Shown here: in pieces, positions 1 to 12,467 of the stretch
Position numbering within the stretch: the stretch's first letter is position 1
How the letters are laid out: the number at the start of each line of letters is the position of its first letter
Assembly: GCF_006345805.1 (NCBI RefSeq)
Contig: NC_043000.1
Span: forward strand, 94,054,001 to 94,118,000
DNA: 64,000 nucleotides
Source: Octopus sinensis
Taxonomy: Eukaryota
Reading direction: 5' to 3'
Made by a program: the position numbers and the translations under genes
Notes under the pieces: generated by a model
What the model saw: the letters and a program-made list of their open reading frames with translations, nothing else
Databases searched by the model: none
What the model was told of the DNA's origin: nothing

Positions 1-32
1 CCATTTCAAAGTGGTGCTGTCGCTATTTGAGT

Positions 33-272
33 ATTTCAGATAAGTTCACCGCCATCAATACATCGCAGGAGAGTTCATCGCCAGCCATCCATTCACCATT
101 TAATACGTTGGTGAAACACATTAGATTTCGAAAATAAGTTGTTTTTTTTTATTATTTCAAAGGGAATTTACCTCTCCTTAAACTTTCTTTACGGGAAGCT
201 TCCCTTACAGAGAACATTCCTTGTGGTGAACTTTCCCTGCAATGAATTGATGACGGTGAACTTACCGGACAT
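33..272. mobile_element. MITE with ~45-bp imperfect TIRs and an 11-12-bp target-site duplication (Mutator/foldback-like)
   Basis: TAAGTTCACCGCCATCAATACATCGCAGGAGAGTTCATCGC (41-81) is the imperfect reverse complement of 222-264. GCTATTTGAGTA is directly repeated at 22-33 and 273-284. Confidence 0.7.
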
Positions 273-429
273 GCTATTTGAGTACCGTATCAGAGTTGTG
301 TCATTTCCCTTACCAGAGATTAACAAAAATATTTAATCTCTTACCAAAATATCGACTATGGAATTCACTTCTGTTATATTTAACACATCTATCAGATTTT
401 GGACAAATCTGTTGTTATTGAAAACAATC

Positions 430-690
430 TCGCCTATTCTTTCTCTCACTCACTTCGTCACAAAATCTATTGTCTTCATTTGGCGATTCCTCCATCTCCG
501 TCGAGTGTACAAGAATTTCATCAGCCATTTTCAAACTAAAGTGTAACTACACTGCTTGTTGGATTGCAGTAAGACGTTTTAAATGTCGAACTTCATTGGA
601 CAAGAGCTTCCAACCACATCATCTGGGTACACACATGTATTCCTGCAGACCAAATCTCTATCGGTTTGCACTTAAAGAGGGTTATCCATC
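430..690 (-). mobile_element. Very degenerate LTR-retrotransposon (Gypsy-like) RT relic
   Basis: Minus-strand translation gives MDNPL...CVYPDDVVG...EVRHLKRL, resembling the YLDD region of Gypsy RT, with many frameshifts. Confidence 0.3.
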
Positions 691-1119
691 AATTAAAATG
701 CACATTTCCAATTAACATATGGTTTCTAATATATGACCTAGTATCCTTCTCTGTCACTTGCGCAGGACCATCTTTCTCTTTCGAAAGCGACAGAAGTATC
801 CACAACTAGTAGGTTAGAAGCTTTCTATCTTCATCAATAGAATTAGAATTATAGTCATTACATTATAGCTATTATCTTCATCACAAATACTGTGATACAT
901 CAAGTTTTTAATTTATGATTTTAATTTGGTAATCGTATAGTATTGAATCTTCATTACTTTTATGTTTGTCCCCACAAACTAACACGCACACATATACACG
1001 TACGTATGTAGATATAATCACACACACACATAAACACACATAAACACACCATTTTACTTTAGTCTGCACATGGCATTGACTTTTAAAACTGCGTGCCGTG
1101 GCTTGAGTAACAAGTGTTG

Positions 1120-1162
<43 letters not shown>

Positions 1163-1169
1163 TATATAG

Positions 1170-1220
<51 letters not shown>

Positions 1221-1778
1221 GAGTGAGCGAGCAGAGCATGCCATCAAAGTGACACTGGGGTAAAATATACGAAGCCCAGGATACCCATCATGACTACCCT
1301 TCTGATAAGGGTACACCAGGCACATGCATCACAACCATATGTGCGCGACATGGTGATCTCATATCAAGATAAACAGCACATGACCTTGCAGGTGGAGCCC
1401 AGTTAGAATTTTCTTCAGATCGAGTAACCCATCCCGCTCAAAAGGTCCCTGAATAAGGGTTGTTTAAGGACGTTGAACGAAACACCCATGTTTCCAGAGG
1501 TGAATTATTCAAACCCCAAAGAATCCCTCTCAACACATGGCTATGTTGCTCCCCCACTACTTCTGCTCGTGATCAGAGATGCACATATCGTCAGCCACTA
1601 AGGGACATGCTCAACTGGTTAAGGTCAAACAACTGACAAGCAAATCTGTGGTATTGAGCAGAATATTTGCTGTAGCCCATCTTTTATACCAAGACAAAAC
1701 AATGTACATGATAACACTTCCAATCAGTTAAGATCAGAAGCCATGAGAGCCACTGCCTGGTACTGCATCAGGGCATTT
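1221..1778 (-). mobile_element. ~555-bp non-coding interspersed repeat embedded in (TAA)n; longest copy in the window
   Basis: Flanked on both sides by (TTA)n. Partial copies at 2586-2975, 37284-37510, 46600-46710, 50080-50284 and 51873-52077 share the end GGCATGCACTGCTCTCTCACTC next to triplet repeats. Confidence 0.75.
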
Positions 1779-1876
1779 ATTATTATTATTATTATTATAT
1801 TATTATTATTATATTATTATTATTATTATTTTATTATTATTATATTATTATTGTTATTATTATTATTATATTATTA

Positions 1877-1907
<31 letters not shown>

Positions 1908-2245
1908 CGTAGTCTTATTTCTATCATATGCTTTCAGTGTTCTACCGAGCGCAGCTCTGTGTGCCTTGGGTATATGCTGTGGTTTGCTGTGATGCTGTTA
2001 TTTTTAACGTACTGAAAGTGTTCCACGTAGGATGTGTGTCCTGTGCCTAGTAGTACTACTTTCTGTATGTTATATATACTTGTTATCCCTGGTGCTTTTG
2101 TTATGTATTTGCCTGAATATTTTTTTATCACACCTAATGCGCTTTCTATGATAGGAATTGTTTCCTTTTTTAGACTCCACATTCGAGTTACCTCTGTTTA
2201 GAGGTCTTTGTATTTGACTTCTATTTCCAGGGCTTTGTATTTCCA
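1908..2245 (-). mobile_element. R4/Dong-clade LINE 3' fragment
   Basis: Minus frame KYKDL*TEVTRMWSLKKETIPIIESALGVIKK...NIQKVVLLGTGH matches the C-terminus of the restriction-like endonuclease. A short 3' UTR ends in (TAA)n. Confidence 0.8.
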
Positions 2246-2272
2246 TATTATTATTATTATTATTAATATTTT

Positions 2273-2525
2273 GGAGGCGCGTGGCTTAGTGGTAAGGGTG
2301 TCAGCATCATGATAGTAAGATTGTCGTTTCGATTCCTGAACCGGGCGACGTGTTGTGTTCTTGAGCAAATCACTTCATTTCACGTTGCTCCAGTCCACTC
2401 AGCTGCCAAAAATGAGTAACGCTGCGACGGACCGGTGTCCCATCCAGCTGGGGAACACATGCGCCACTGAAACCGGGAAACCGGGCCCATGAGCCTGGCT
2501 AGGCTTTAAAAGAGCGCATTTACTT
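2273..2525 (+). mobile_element. tRNA-derived SINE, family A (CORE-like central domain)
   Basis: A box TGGCTTAGTGG, B box GTTTCGATTCC, then GTGTTCTTGAGCAAATCACTTCATTTCAC. Near-identical reverse copy at 19560-19819. Confidence 0.85.
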
Positions 2526-2585
2526 TATTTATTTTATTATTATAATCATTATTGTTGTTGGTGTTGTTGTTGTTGTTGTTGTTGC

Positions 2586-2975
2586 GTGAGAGAGCAGTGC
2601 ATTCCATGAAAGTGACACATCAGGTCGAGTAGACCATTCCACTCAAAATGTCCTGAATAAGGTTTGTTTAAGGATGATGAACGAAACACTCGTGTTTCTA
2701 GGGTGTGATTTATTCAAATCTCAAAATAATTTCTCTCACCACATAGCTATGATGCCTCTCACCACTACTCCTTTCGTGAGCAGACAAAAGCATATCGTCA
2801 ACCACAAATGGACATGCTCAACTGGTTACGGTTGAGCAACTGACAACCAAACCTGTAGTATTGATCAGAATATTTGCTATAGCCCCCATCATTTGCACGA
2901 AGACAAACCATGTACATGATAACACTTCCAATCAGTTAAGACCAGAAGCCATGACAACTCACTGCCTTGTACAGC
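2586..2975 (-). mobile_element. Internally deleted copy of the 1221-1778 repeat
   Basis: Colinear similarity to 1221-1255 and 1415-1765. Confidence 0.75.
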
Positions 2976-3013
2976 TTTAGAACATTATAATCATCATCAT
3001 CGTCATCATCGTC

Positions 3014-3060
<47 letters not shown>

Positions 3061-3329
3061 TGTTGTTGTTATTGTTACTGTTATTATTATTATTATTATT
3101 ATTATATTATTATTATTATTATTATTTATTATTATTATTATTATTATTAGGTGCTGACGTGGCCAATTCGTTAGCACGCCAGACAAAATGCGTCGCAGCA
3201 TTTCGTTCGCTTTTATGTTCTGAATTAAAATTATGCCGAGGACGATTTTGCGTTTCATTCTTTCGGCGTCAATGTAATCGTCTGTCTCACTCCCACAAAA
3301 TTTTCGGCTTTGTGTGATCTTTTCTGATG

Positions 3330-3715
3330 TTGGAGGGACACAAACTATTCCCGGTATTGTTTTGCCTCAGATTGTTTTTGTCTTGGGGTGTGGTGCAGTC
3401 TTTTGCTATGTTACTGCTTGTATTGTCTGTTGAGTGTGTAATGCATTGGTTGTAGATTGCTGGTGGAAGTTTATTTCATTGGGTAATTGCTGTCGAGTGC
3501 GTTTTGTGTTTGTGGGTTATTTTGTTTAAGTTGTATTACTGAATTGATAGTATCTTGCGTAGGATGTGGGCTGTTCCTAGCAGAGCTACGTTTTTGTTCA
3601 CACGTTTTTTATCATGCCAAAGTGTTCCAATTATTATTGGTATTGTTTTTACCTTCATGCCCAACATTTTGAATGCTTCAACTTCGAAGTCTTTGTAGTT
3701 TAACAATTTCTCCAA
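3330..3715 (-). mobile_element. R4/Dong-clade LINE 3' fragment (second subfamily)
   Basis: ORF 3536-3748: EKLLNYKDFEVEAFKMLGMKVKTIPIIIGTL...VALLGTAHILRKILS. Confidence 0.7.
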
Positions 3716-3736
3716 TATGTTTTGGACAATATTAAT

Positions 3737-3746
3737 AGATAGATAC

Positions 3747-3814
<68 letters not shown>

Positions 3815-3850
3815 GTAGATAGATAGATAGATAGATATATATATATATAT

Positions 3851-3893
<43 letters not shown>

Positions 3894-3979
3894 TAGATAG
3901 ATAGATAGATAGATAGAATAGATAGATAGATATAGATAGATAGATAGATAGGAAGATATATATATATATATATATATAT

Positions 3980-4056
<77 letters not shown>

Positions 4057-4071
4057 AGATAGATAGATAGA

Positions 4072-4115
<44 letters not shown>

Positions 4116-4187
4116 TTAGATAGATAGATAGGTAGATAGATAGATAGGAAGATATATATATATATATATATATATAGATAGATAGAT

Positions 4188-4220
<33 letters not shown>

Positions 4221-4256
4221 TTAGATAGATAGATAGGTAGATAGATAGATAGGAAG

Positions 4257-4321
<65 letters not shown>

Positions 4322-4385
4322 TAGATAGATATATAGATAGATAGATAGATAGACAGACAGCTACATATATATATTGATAGATAAA
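3737..4385. repeat. Long compound (GATA)n/(TA)n microsatellite
   Basis: ~650 bp of GATA and TA units read directly. Confidence 0.95.
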
Positions 4386-5065
4386 TACGTATTTTACTTT
4401 ATGTCCCACGCAGTAGAGAACTGTGCCTAATATATTTTCTTGAGACTATGTATTTTTATTGAAACTCAGCTCGAGTTTCACGTCATTGCGATGTGCAGGC
4501 CAAAATTCGGGTGGCCAGATTCGTACGTATGTATGTAAGAAAGACTATTTGTATGTAAGTATGTATGAACGAGGATGTCGAAATGTGCTTATGTGTGTAG
4601 TTTTTATTCTTTTATCTTTTTTATTTGTTTCGGACAATTTTGACTTAGGCCTTGCTCCAGCGCCGTCTTTTTAAGTCGAAGAAATCGATCCCTGGACTTA
4701 TTCTTTGTAAGTTTGTTACTTATTCTATTCTATCGCTCACTTTTGCCGGACCGCTAAGTCACGTAGATGTAAACACCTCAGCATGTGCTGTCAAGCGATG
4801 GTGGGGGACAAACACAGACATAAACACACAAATATATAGCAGAATATTGTAGTTCGCTTGAAGCATTGTGTATTGTTTGTAAAGAATAAAAAGTTTTGAA
4901 TAGTACAACAATGCACTATAATACAGACAATGGGTTATATACCTGTTGTAATTTAGTCATCCTTAGTCTGATATGATATTTCGGAATAATATTCCTTCTT
5001 CAGATATTCTTAGCTGGAGTGGCTGCTATAATCTGTTTTATACATCCATACATACATACATATAC

Positions 5066-5112
<47 letters not shown>

Positions 5113-5248
5113 ATGGGCTTCTTTCAGTTTCCGACTAGCAAATCACTCACAAGGCTTTTGTCGGCCCAAAGCTATAGTAGAACACACTCGCTGAAGTGCC
5201 ATGCAGTGGGTCTGACACCTGGATCTTGTGGTTGAGAAGCAGGCTTCG

Positions 5249-5325
<77 letters not shown>

Positions 5326-5330
5326 ATATA

Positions 5331-5540
5331 GTTAATCCAACAAGAAAACACAGAAAAAAACACACCAACACGAGGACGTGGAACAATTAAAGTATTATTT
5401 GACGCTCAGGAAAGAAGGGAAGGAGGGTTTAACGTTTCGAGCGGAGCTCTTCGTCGGAAACAAAGGAGGAGGAAAGATCCCGAGAAGGGAAGACAGAGGA
5501 AAAAAATAGTTTTGCTGGTGGTGCTCAAGAGATCACATGT
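5331..5540 (-). mobile_element. PLE pseudo-LTR-like fragment abutting (TA)n, with a hammerhead-like motif
   Basis: Minus strand 5464-5395: TTGTTT-CCGACGA-A-GAGC(TCC)GCTC-GAAA-CGTT...AGCG-TC-AAATAA. Related fragments at 9853-10042 (+) and 6136-6224 (+). Confidence 0.65.
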
Positions 5541-6219
5541 TGAAAGAATAGAAGTTGAAAGGTAGACGAATATTTATAACAAAAGCAGGAAGCTGAAAAA
5601 TATTTTGGTATTATTCAGAGTATCAGTTGATACTATAATTTGTTTCTGAACCTGAAGAATTTCTAATATGAAATTTCTTACATGTTTTATCCAACATGTA
5701 CAACTTTGTGATTCCTATTAGCAAATGAAACATGTTTAATGCCAAAAAAAATTTGCTACTTACTGATTTTTTTATGTAATTATTCCTGAAGCAATATTTT
5801 CAGAATTTTAAAGTTTTATATTTACATCACATCAACAACACAGTGACAACAACTACATACTAGATTGTGATACTGGAATAAGTATATGTGCTTCGAGAGG
5901 ACACAGAATAGATTTTTTCCTACTTTCATAATTACATACATACATACACACACACACACTCACACACACAGATATATATTATATGTATATGTATGTATGA
6001 ATATGTATGTTGTTTGTATATAATATATATATATATATATATATATTATATAATATGTATGGTTGTGGTGTGTGTTGTGTGTGGTGTGGTGTGTGTATTG
6101 TATATACACATGTATATATATATATTTATCTATATCAATTCCCGCGTGTTATATTAATACATTTGTTTTTTTTCTGCACCACCACCACCTGTCTCGTCTT
6201 TGTATTTTCGTGAATTCCT

Positions 6220-6255
<36 letters not shown>

Positions 6256-6257
<2 letters not shown>

Positions 6258-6786
6258 CAATAATAATTCTCTAAATGAGATATAGACAGTGACTGCTCCG
6301 TAATATAGGATATATTAGCCAACCGAAATGGCTAGGGACAGGGCAGGGTGGTGGGGGTGTCACTGTTGCATTTAGCCCCATGCGAACATCAACGTCACCA
6401 GATAGGCCTGACGCCATCACGGCGTCCTCTATCTTGCAAAGGAGATCATCCACCAAGAAGCAGATACCACACACGGACCTAGGTTTCAAGGTTGTATTGC
6501 CTATTATCAACGTGTGGTAGGCATCGCTTCTCGATGAACGCCAACTGTGCAAGATATATAAGGATTTTCAAGTAATACATTACTGATTTCGAAAATCTGT
6601 TCGACAGCAATAATAATTCTCTAAATGAGATATAGACAGTGACTGCTCCGTAATATAAGGATATTAGCCTTATATGCAACAATGCAACAGTGACACCCCC
6701 ACCACCCTGCCCTGTCCCTAGCCATATTCGGTTGGCTAATATCCCTTATATTACGGAGCAGTCACTGGCTAATATCCCTTATATTC
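6256..6786 (-). mobile_element. (TA)n-flanked PLE-like pLTR unit with direct and inverted repeats and a hammerhead
   Basis: 6256-6320 is repeated directly at 6606-6669. 6287-6371 is inverted at 6681-6766. Hammerhead on the minus strand at 6516-6470. Confidence 0.75.
6470..6516 (-). ncRNA. Minimal type I hammerhead ribozyme, U3-A8 core variant
   Basis: CACACG-TTGATAA-TAGG(CAATACAA)CCTT-GAAA-CCTAGG-TC-CGTGTG: 6-bp stem I, palindromic stem III, GUC site. Confidence 0.65.
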
Positions 6787-6819
<33 letters not shown>

Positions 6820-7954
6820 CTATGTGTGTATATATATATATGTATATGTATGTATGTATCTATGTATACACACATATATATATGTGTGTGTGTGTGTGTG
6901 TATGTGCCTGTGTATGTAACTAAATGTATATACTATTTGTTTTTGTCTACATTTTAAATGAAAGAGTTTAGAAAATGTTCTTATGCTCATACTTTTTCCG
7001 GAGAAAACCCAAGTAGTTAATATGTTATCACCGTTTAGTGGAGGAATATAATACGATGCCGACTGGAAGGCTTCAACTTTATGGCTCGAAATTATGTATA
7101 TTGTGGACATTTACACACACACACACACTACCGTACATGCCGTATCCCGAACACTTAGCCCTCATGTAATATATTTGTGCTTTACTTAAGGACCCTGTTT
7201 TAATACAGGTTATAGACAAATGCCTTTATTCTCAGGAGCAGCAGATACGAAAAACGAAATACAAAACACGGAAAGAAAATAGGAAGCAAAATAAAAATAC
7301 GAAAATATACCGTTACCAGAAAATAGTGAATAATAGAAATACTTTATATAATAAATTGTCGTATTCATAGAGGAAACAAAGTTACGAGTGACTTATATTC
7401 ATTTTGGTGTGTATGATTCAGAAATGACTTTGAGATTGGCAATAAATAAAGTCGAAGTTTGGAAACGTAACCTCTTTGTCATTTAAATTTCCTGGTTTTA
7501 TCTGAAGTTCGGGTGAGTGGAATTCTTTGAATAAAACTTTCTTTCGCCCATCAATAAAGGTCAATAAGTCATCTTTGTACCGAAAATTATCGTTAAATGT
7601 CTGTAATTCACTTTATATACATATATTTGTGTGTGTGTACGTGTGTGTGTGTGTTTGTGTGTGTGTGCGTGCGTGTGTACGTATATATAAAATATCATAT
7701 ATTTTATAGACATACGCATATATAAACATACGCATACTCATATATTTATTTGATTTAATATGTATATATATATGCGTGTTTGCGTGTGTGTGTGTACCAA
7801 ATCAAACATGTAAGTTTATATGTGCATATGTATATAAATATATATTACATACATATATACATGCATTGATTAGATGCATATTGTGCATATTACACACACG
7901 CTCATATATGTGCGCATGTATATATTACACACACACACAAATATAAATGTATAC

Positions 7955-7997
<43 letters not shown>

Positions 7998-8141
7998 ACG
8001 TATATATATATAATATTATATATATATATTATATATATATATAACGTATATATATATATACATACCTATATATACACGCACATATATATATATATTTTAT
8101 ACATGTAATTATACATGTTTTGTATAAATGTATGTATACAG

Positions 8142-8177
<36 letters not shown>

Positions 8178-9453
8178 GAATATATATACACATACACACG
8201 TATATTAAATGATCTTAAATAAATCGAGCTGGATGTTTTTGATCGTAATGGAAGAGAAATAGATCAGCCGAGAATCCCCGTTAGTTTTCCTATTATCTCC
8301 TGGAAACAAGGAATTGAATTTTGGTAGCTGTGACAGTAACGGCGTCGGCGTCGGCGTTGGCCGTATTAGTGGTGGTGTTGGTTGTGGAACTGGCGCAAGT
8401 GGCGGTGGTCGAGTTGGTGGCGGGAAGGGGGTTAGAAACGACAGTTGTCGGGTAGAAAATTTATTGCACCCTTAATTGAAATCTAACTGTATTATAACCA
8501 ATTCTTCTTTATTTTAGTTATTTAGATTATAGGATATTATTTTAATATTTATTATATTCAATTTCTCTGTTGTATCTAAGCCTCTCTGTGAATGTATGTT
8601 GGTATGTATCTCCTTGTATGTGTCACATATGCATGTTACAGACGTGTGGTCTTTGTCTTATATGTACCTATGTAAGTATATTATTTCATATATATTCATA
8701 TGTGTATGTGTTTTCTAGGGGCTACTTTTAATACTAATCCTTTGTGACGACCAATCGCCCACCTTAACGATTTAACACTGATAAATAACAAAATTTTCTG
8801 TTTCTTCTTTGACAGCAAAGTCGATGGCTGTTTTTGAAAAGCAGTCAGCGTTTATTGTGTGCAGATCTAAAGAAACTAGAAGTCTACCATATTTTATACT
8901 CTTATTAAATTTCGCTTGATCGATGAAATGTTGTTTATTTTCTTTTGTTAAAGTCTTTTTCTTAGTTTATTTCGAAAATTTTTCGAATTATTTGAAGAAA
9001 TACTACTTTTATCTGAAAAAAAAATTAAGAAAAAACGTAGGAAAAGAATTTAAATAGAAAAAAAGGTGTCCATTAAATTTATTGTTTGTCGGTGATTCCA
9101 TTGACATTTCATTGTCGTCGACTTAGTTATTATCGCCATCACTCTCATCGTCATTGCAGTCGTCATTGCAGCCGTCAGTCTCGTCGTCGTTGTCGTCATC
9201 GCCGCTGTCGTCGTCTTCGTGCTGATTGCCGTCATCGTTCGTTATCATCGCGGACATTATAAAACATCAGAGCGTCGGATTATATATAATGCATTGCGAT
9301 ATTTGTTCTGGGTATCTACGCTCTGAGTTCAAATCCAAACAAGAGCAACCTCATAGTGCCGATAAAGTATCAATCAAGTTACGTGTTATAATTTATCTCT
9401 TTTAAACTCAGATCTGCATGTAGGAGCACACACACGCACACACACACACACAC

Positions 9454-9491
<38 letters not shown>

Positions 9492-9852
9492 ACACACACA
9501 CACAAACACTCAGACGCACACTATTAAACGCCTAGAATTAAAATCTATTTTCTAATAGCTCTCCAGCAGCGAGGCACAGTTTCGTATATACATATATATA
9601 TAGACACAATTAATGATATTAAGTGGCCTAGCGTATAGAAGAATTTAGTCAATAGACTATATATTAGTTTCCATCATAGGAATTTTTAGTGGTTTGGACT
9701 TTAGCTGTTCTTTCTAGCGTAAAGGATTCCTATGATGGAATCCTTTTAATGTGCTTAAATGTAAACTGTATTTTACATATAGTTAGAATGGGAGAGCGTG
9801 AGAGAAAGCTATAGAAACATAGATATATGTATGACTATATATATGTATGTAT

Positions 9853-10042
9853 GTCGCCATGATAGATCGTTGGCCACTACACACATTTTTTTCTATTCTT
9901 GTTTTTTCTGTGTCCCTTTCTGTTGAAGAGCGTAGGCTCGAAACGTAAAAGACTTTTTCTATTCCTGAGAGTTATACTAATACATCTGTTTGTTTTGTAC
10001 CCCACGTCTTCGTCTTTTGGTTTTTCGTAAACTCTCCCTATA
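9853..10042 (+). mobile_element. PLE pLTR-like fragment with a degenerate hammerhead
   Basis: CTGTTGA-A-GAGC(GTAG)GCTC-GAAA-CGTA at 9920-9947. Same family as 5331-5540. Confidence 0.55.
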
Positions 10043-10065
10043 TTCATACATACACACACACACAC

Positions 10066-10098
<33 letters not shown>

Positions 10099-10099
10099 T

Positions 10100-10176
10100 A
10101 CACATGCATGCATACATAAACGTATACATGCATGCATGCATACATACATACAGACATACATACATACATACATACA

Positions 10177-10209
<33 letters not shown>

Positions 10210-10492
10210 GCATACATACAAGCATACATACAAAAACGCCCTGTTGCTGATGTTGAAATTCCAATGAGGGAATCTTGGCAAGAAATCTTGAAATAAAACA
10301 GAATAATGATATACATACATATGTACATGAATGTATATGTTTTAGTGAGCGAGGCATATTTTGCAACGTTTTGGTCTATCTGTTATATATACGCAGGTAT
10401 GTTTGTATGCATATCTAGTCAGTTACCTACCTATCTATCTAGCTATTTATTTATTTATTTATTTATTTATCTATCTATCTATCTATCTATGA

Positions 10493-10552
<60 letters not shown>

Positions 10553-10566
10553 CTCTCTCTCTCTTG

Positions 10567-10651
<85 letters not shown>

Positions 10652-11306
10652 CAGATTGGAGCAATCTCCAATCTCTAGTATAACCAGCAGAAATTTTTAA
10701 GATAATCTGGAACTGGACTGAGGAAAGAAAACTCCGAATGACCCGTCTTTGTTTTCTTATTATCGTCTATCTGGATTTTTTTTATCACCTAACTGTCTAG
10801 ATGTTTTACGTTCTTGTCCCATTTTGTATTATATATGTATGTGTGTGTGTGTGTGCATATTTACATATTTACATATTTACATATGTATATATATACATGT
10901 GTGTGGAGGCGCAATGGCCCAGTGGTTAGGGCAGCGGACTCGCGGTTGTAGGATCGTGGTTTCGATTCCCAGACCGGGCGTTGTGAGTGCTTATTGAGCG
11001 AAAACACCTAAAAGCTCCACGAGGCTCCGGCAGATGGTGGTGGCGATCCCTGCTGTACTCTTTCGCCACAACTTCCTCTCGCTCTTTCTTCTGTTGGCCT
11101 GCTCGCTTAGCCAGCTGGGTGGCATCATTTGAAGGCTAAAGCAATGCAAAGCGCATTGTGACCAGCGATGTGTAGCAATATCTGATAGCCTGGTCGGTCA
11201 CAGTGATCACGGTCACGGTGATATATACATGTATATATATGGATATATATTCATATATACGTGTATGCATATATTTATGTATTTGTACATACAACACACA
11301 CACATA

Positions 11307-11341
<35 letters not shown>

Positions 11342-11657
11342 ACACACATACGAAATATAGAAAGCCAGGAAGTATGAGAAGTGAAATATATTTATTTAGT
11401 CACTATGCGTCCTTACGATTACGGCCGTTTCGTAGTGATCTTCATGTAGAAAATAATTATTATTACAAGAGGAATGTTGCGAAATTGCTATAATTGTACG
11501 GATTTCAAGTGGTTAATTAACTGTATTCACATCTCATACCTCCGAGATCTTTATCGTTTATATATTCCTTTATGGTTTATATATTCCACAAATATTCCAC
11601 ACACACGCGCGCGGGCGGACTCATGCATAGATAAATAAATACACACACTCTCACACG

Positions 11658-11693
<36 letters not shown>

Positions 11694-12347
11694 TAATACA
11701 AAATGGGACAAGAACGTAAAACATCTAGACAGTTAGGTGATAAAATAGGGACAACAAAAAATCCAGATAGACGATAATAAGAAAACAAAGATGGGTCATT
11801 CGGAGTCTTCTTTCCTCAGTCGAGTTCAAGATTATCTTTGCAATTTTGGCTGGTTATACACGAGATTGGAGATTGCTCCAATCTCTCTCTCTCTTTCTCT
11901 CTTTCTCTCTCTCTCTCACTATATATATATATAGGGAGAGAGAGAGAGAGAGAGAAAGATACATAGATAAATAGATACAGAGATAGATAGATAGATAAAT
12001 AAATAGCTAGATAGATAGATAGGTAACTGACTAGATATGCATACAAACATACCTCCGTATATATAACAGATAGACCAAAACGTTGCAAAATATGCCTCGC
12101 TCACTAAACCATGTACATTCATGTACATGTGTATGTATATCATTATTCTGTTTTATTTCAAGATTTCTTGTCAAGATTCCCTCATTGGAATTTCAACATC
12201 AGCAACAGGGCGTTTTTGTATGTATGCTTGTATGTATGTATATATGTATGTATGTATGTCTGTATGTATGTATTATGTATGTATGCTTGTATGTATGTAT
12301 GTATGTATGTATGTATGTATGTATGTATGTATGTATGTATGTATGTA
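10100..12347. repeat. Diverged inverted duplication with ~0.7-kb arms (10100-10850 and 11665-12347)
   Basis: Unique blocks 10221-10440 and 10655-10832 recur as reverse complements at 12005-12218 and 11693-11883, with scattered substitutions and indels. Confidence 0.9.
10905..11222 (+). mobile_element. tRNA-derived SINE, family A variant
   Basis: GGAGGCGCAATGGCCCAGTGGTTAGG...GGTTTCGATTCC head. The 3' part matches a reverse copy at 18975-19095. Confidence 0.8.
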
Positions 12348-12414
12348 TTTCCTTGTTTAGTCATTTGACTGTGACAAGCTTCAGCACCGCCTTGAATATA
12401 AATCTGTATGAGTA

Positions 12415-12467
<53 letters not shown>

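Noticed and set aside
10905-10980. tRNA gene-like sequences (also 2273, 28288, 58239, 59230)
   Set aside because: A/B boxes run into SINE bodies and no proper acceptor stem forms, so they are SINE heads.
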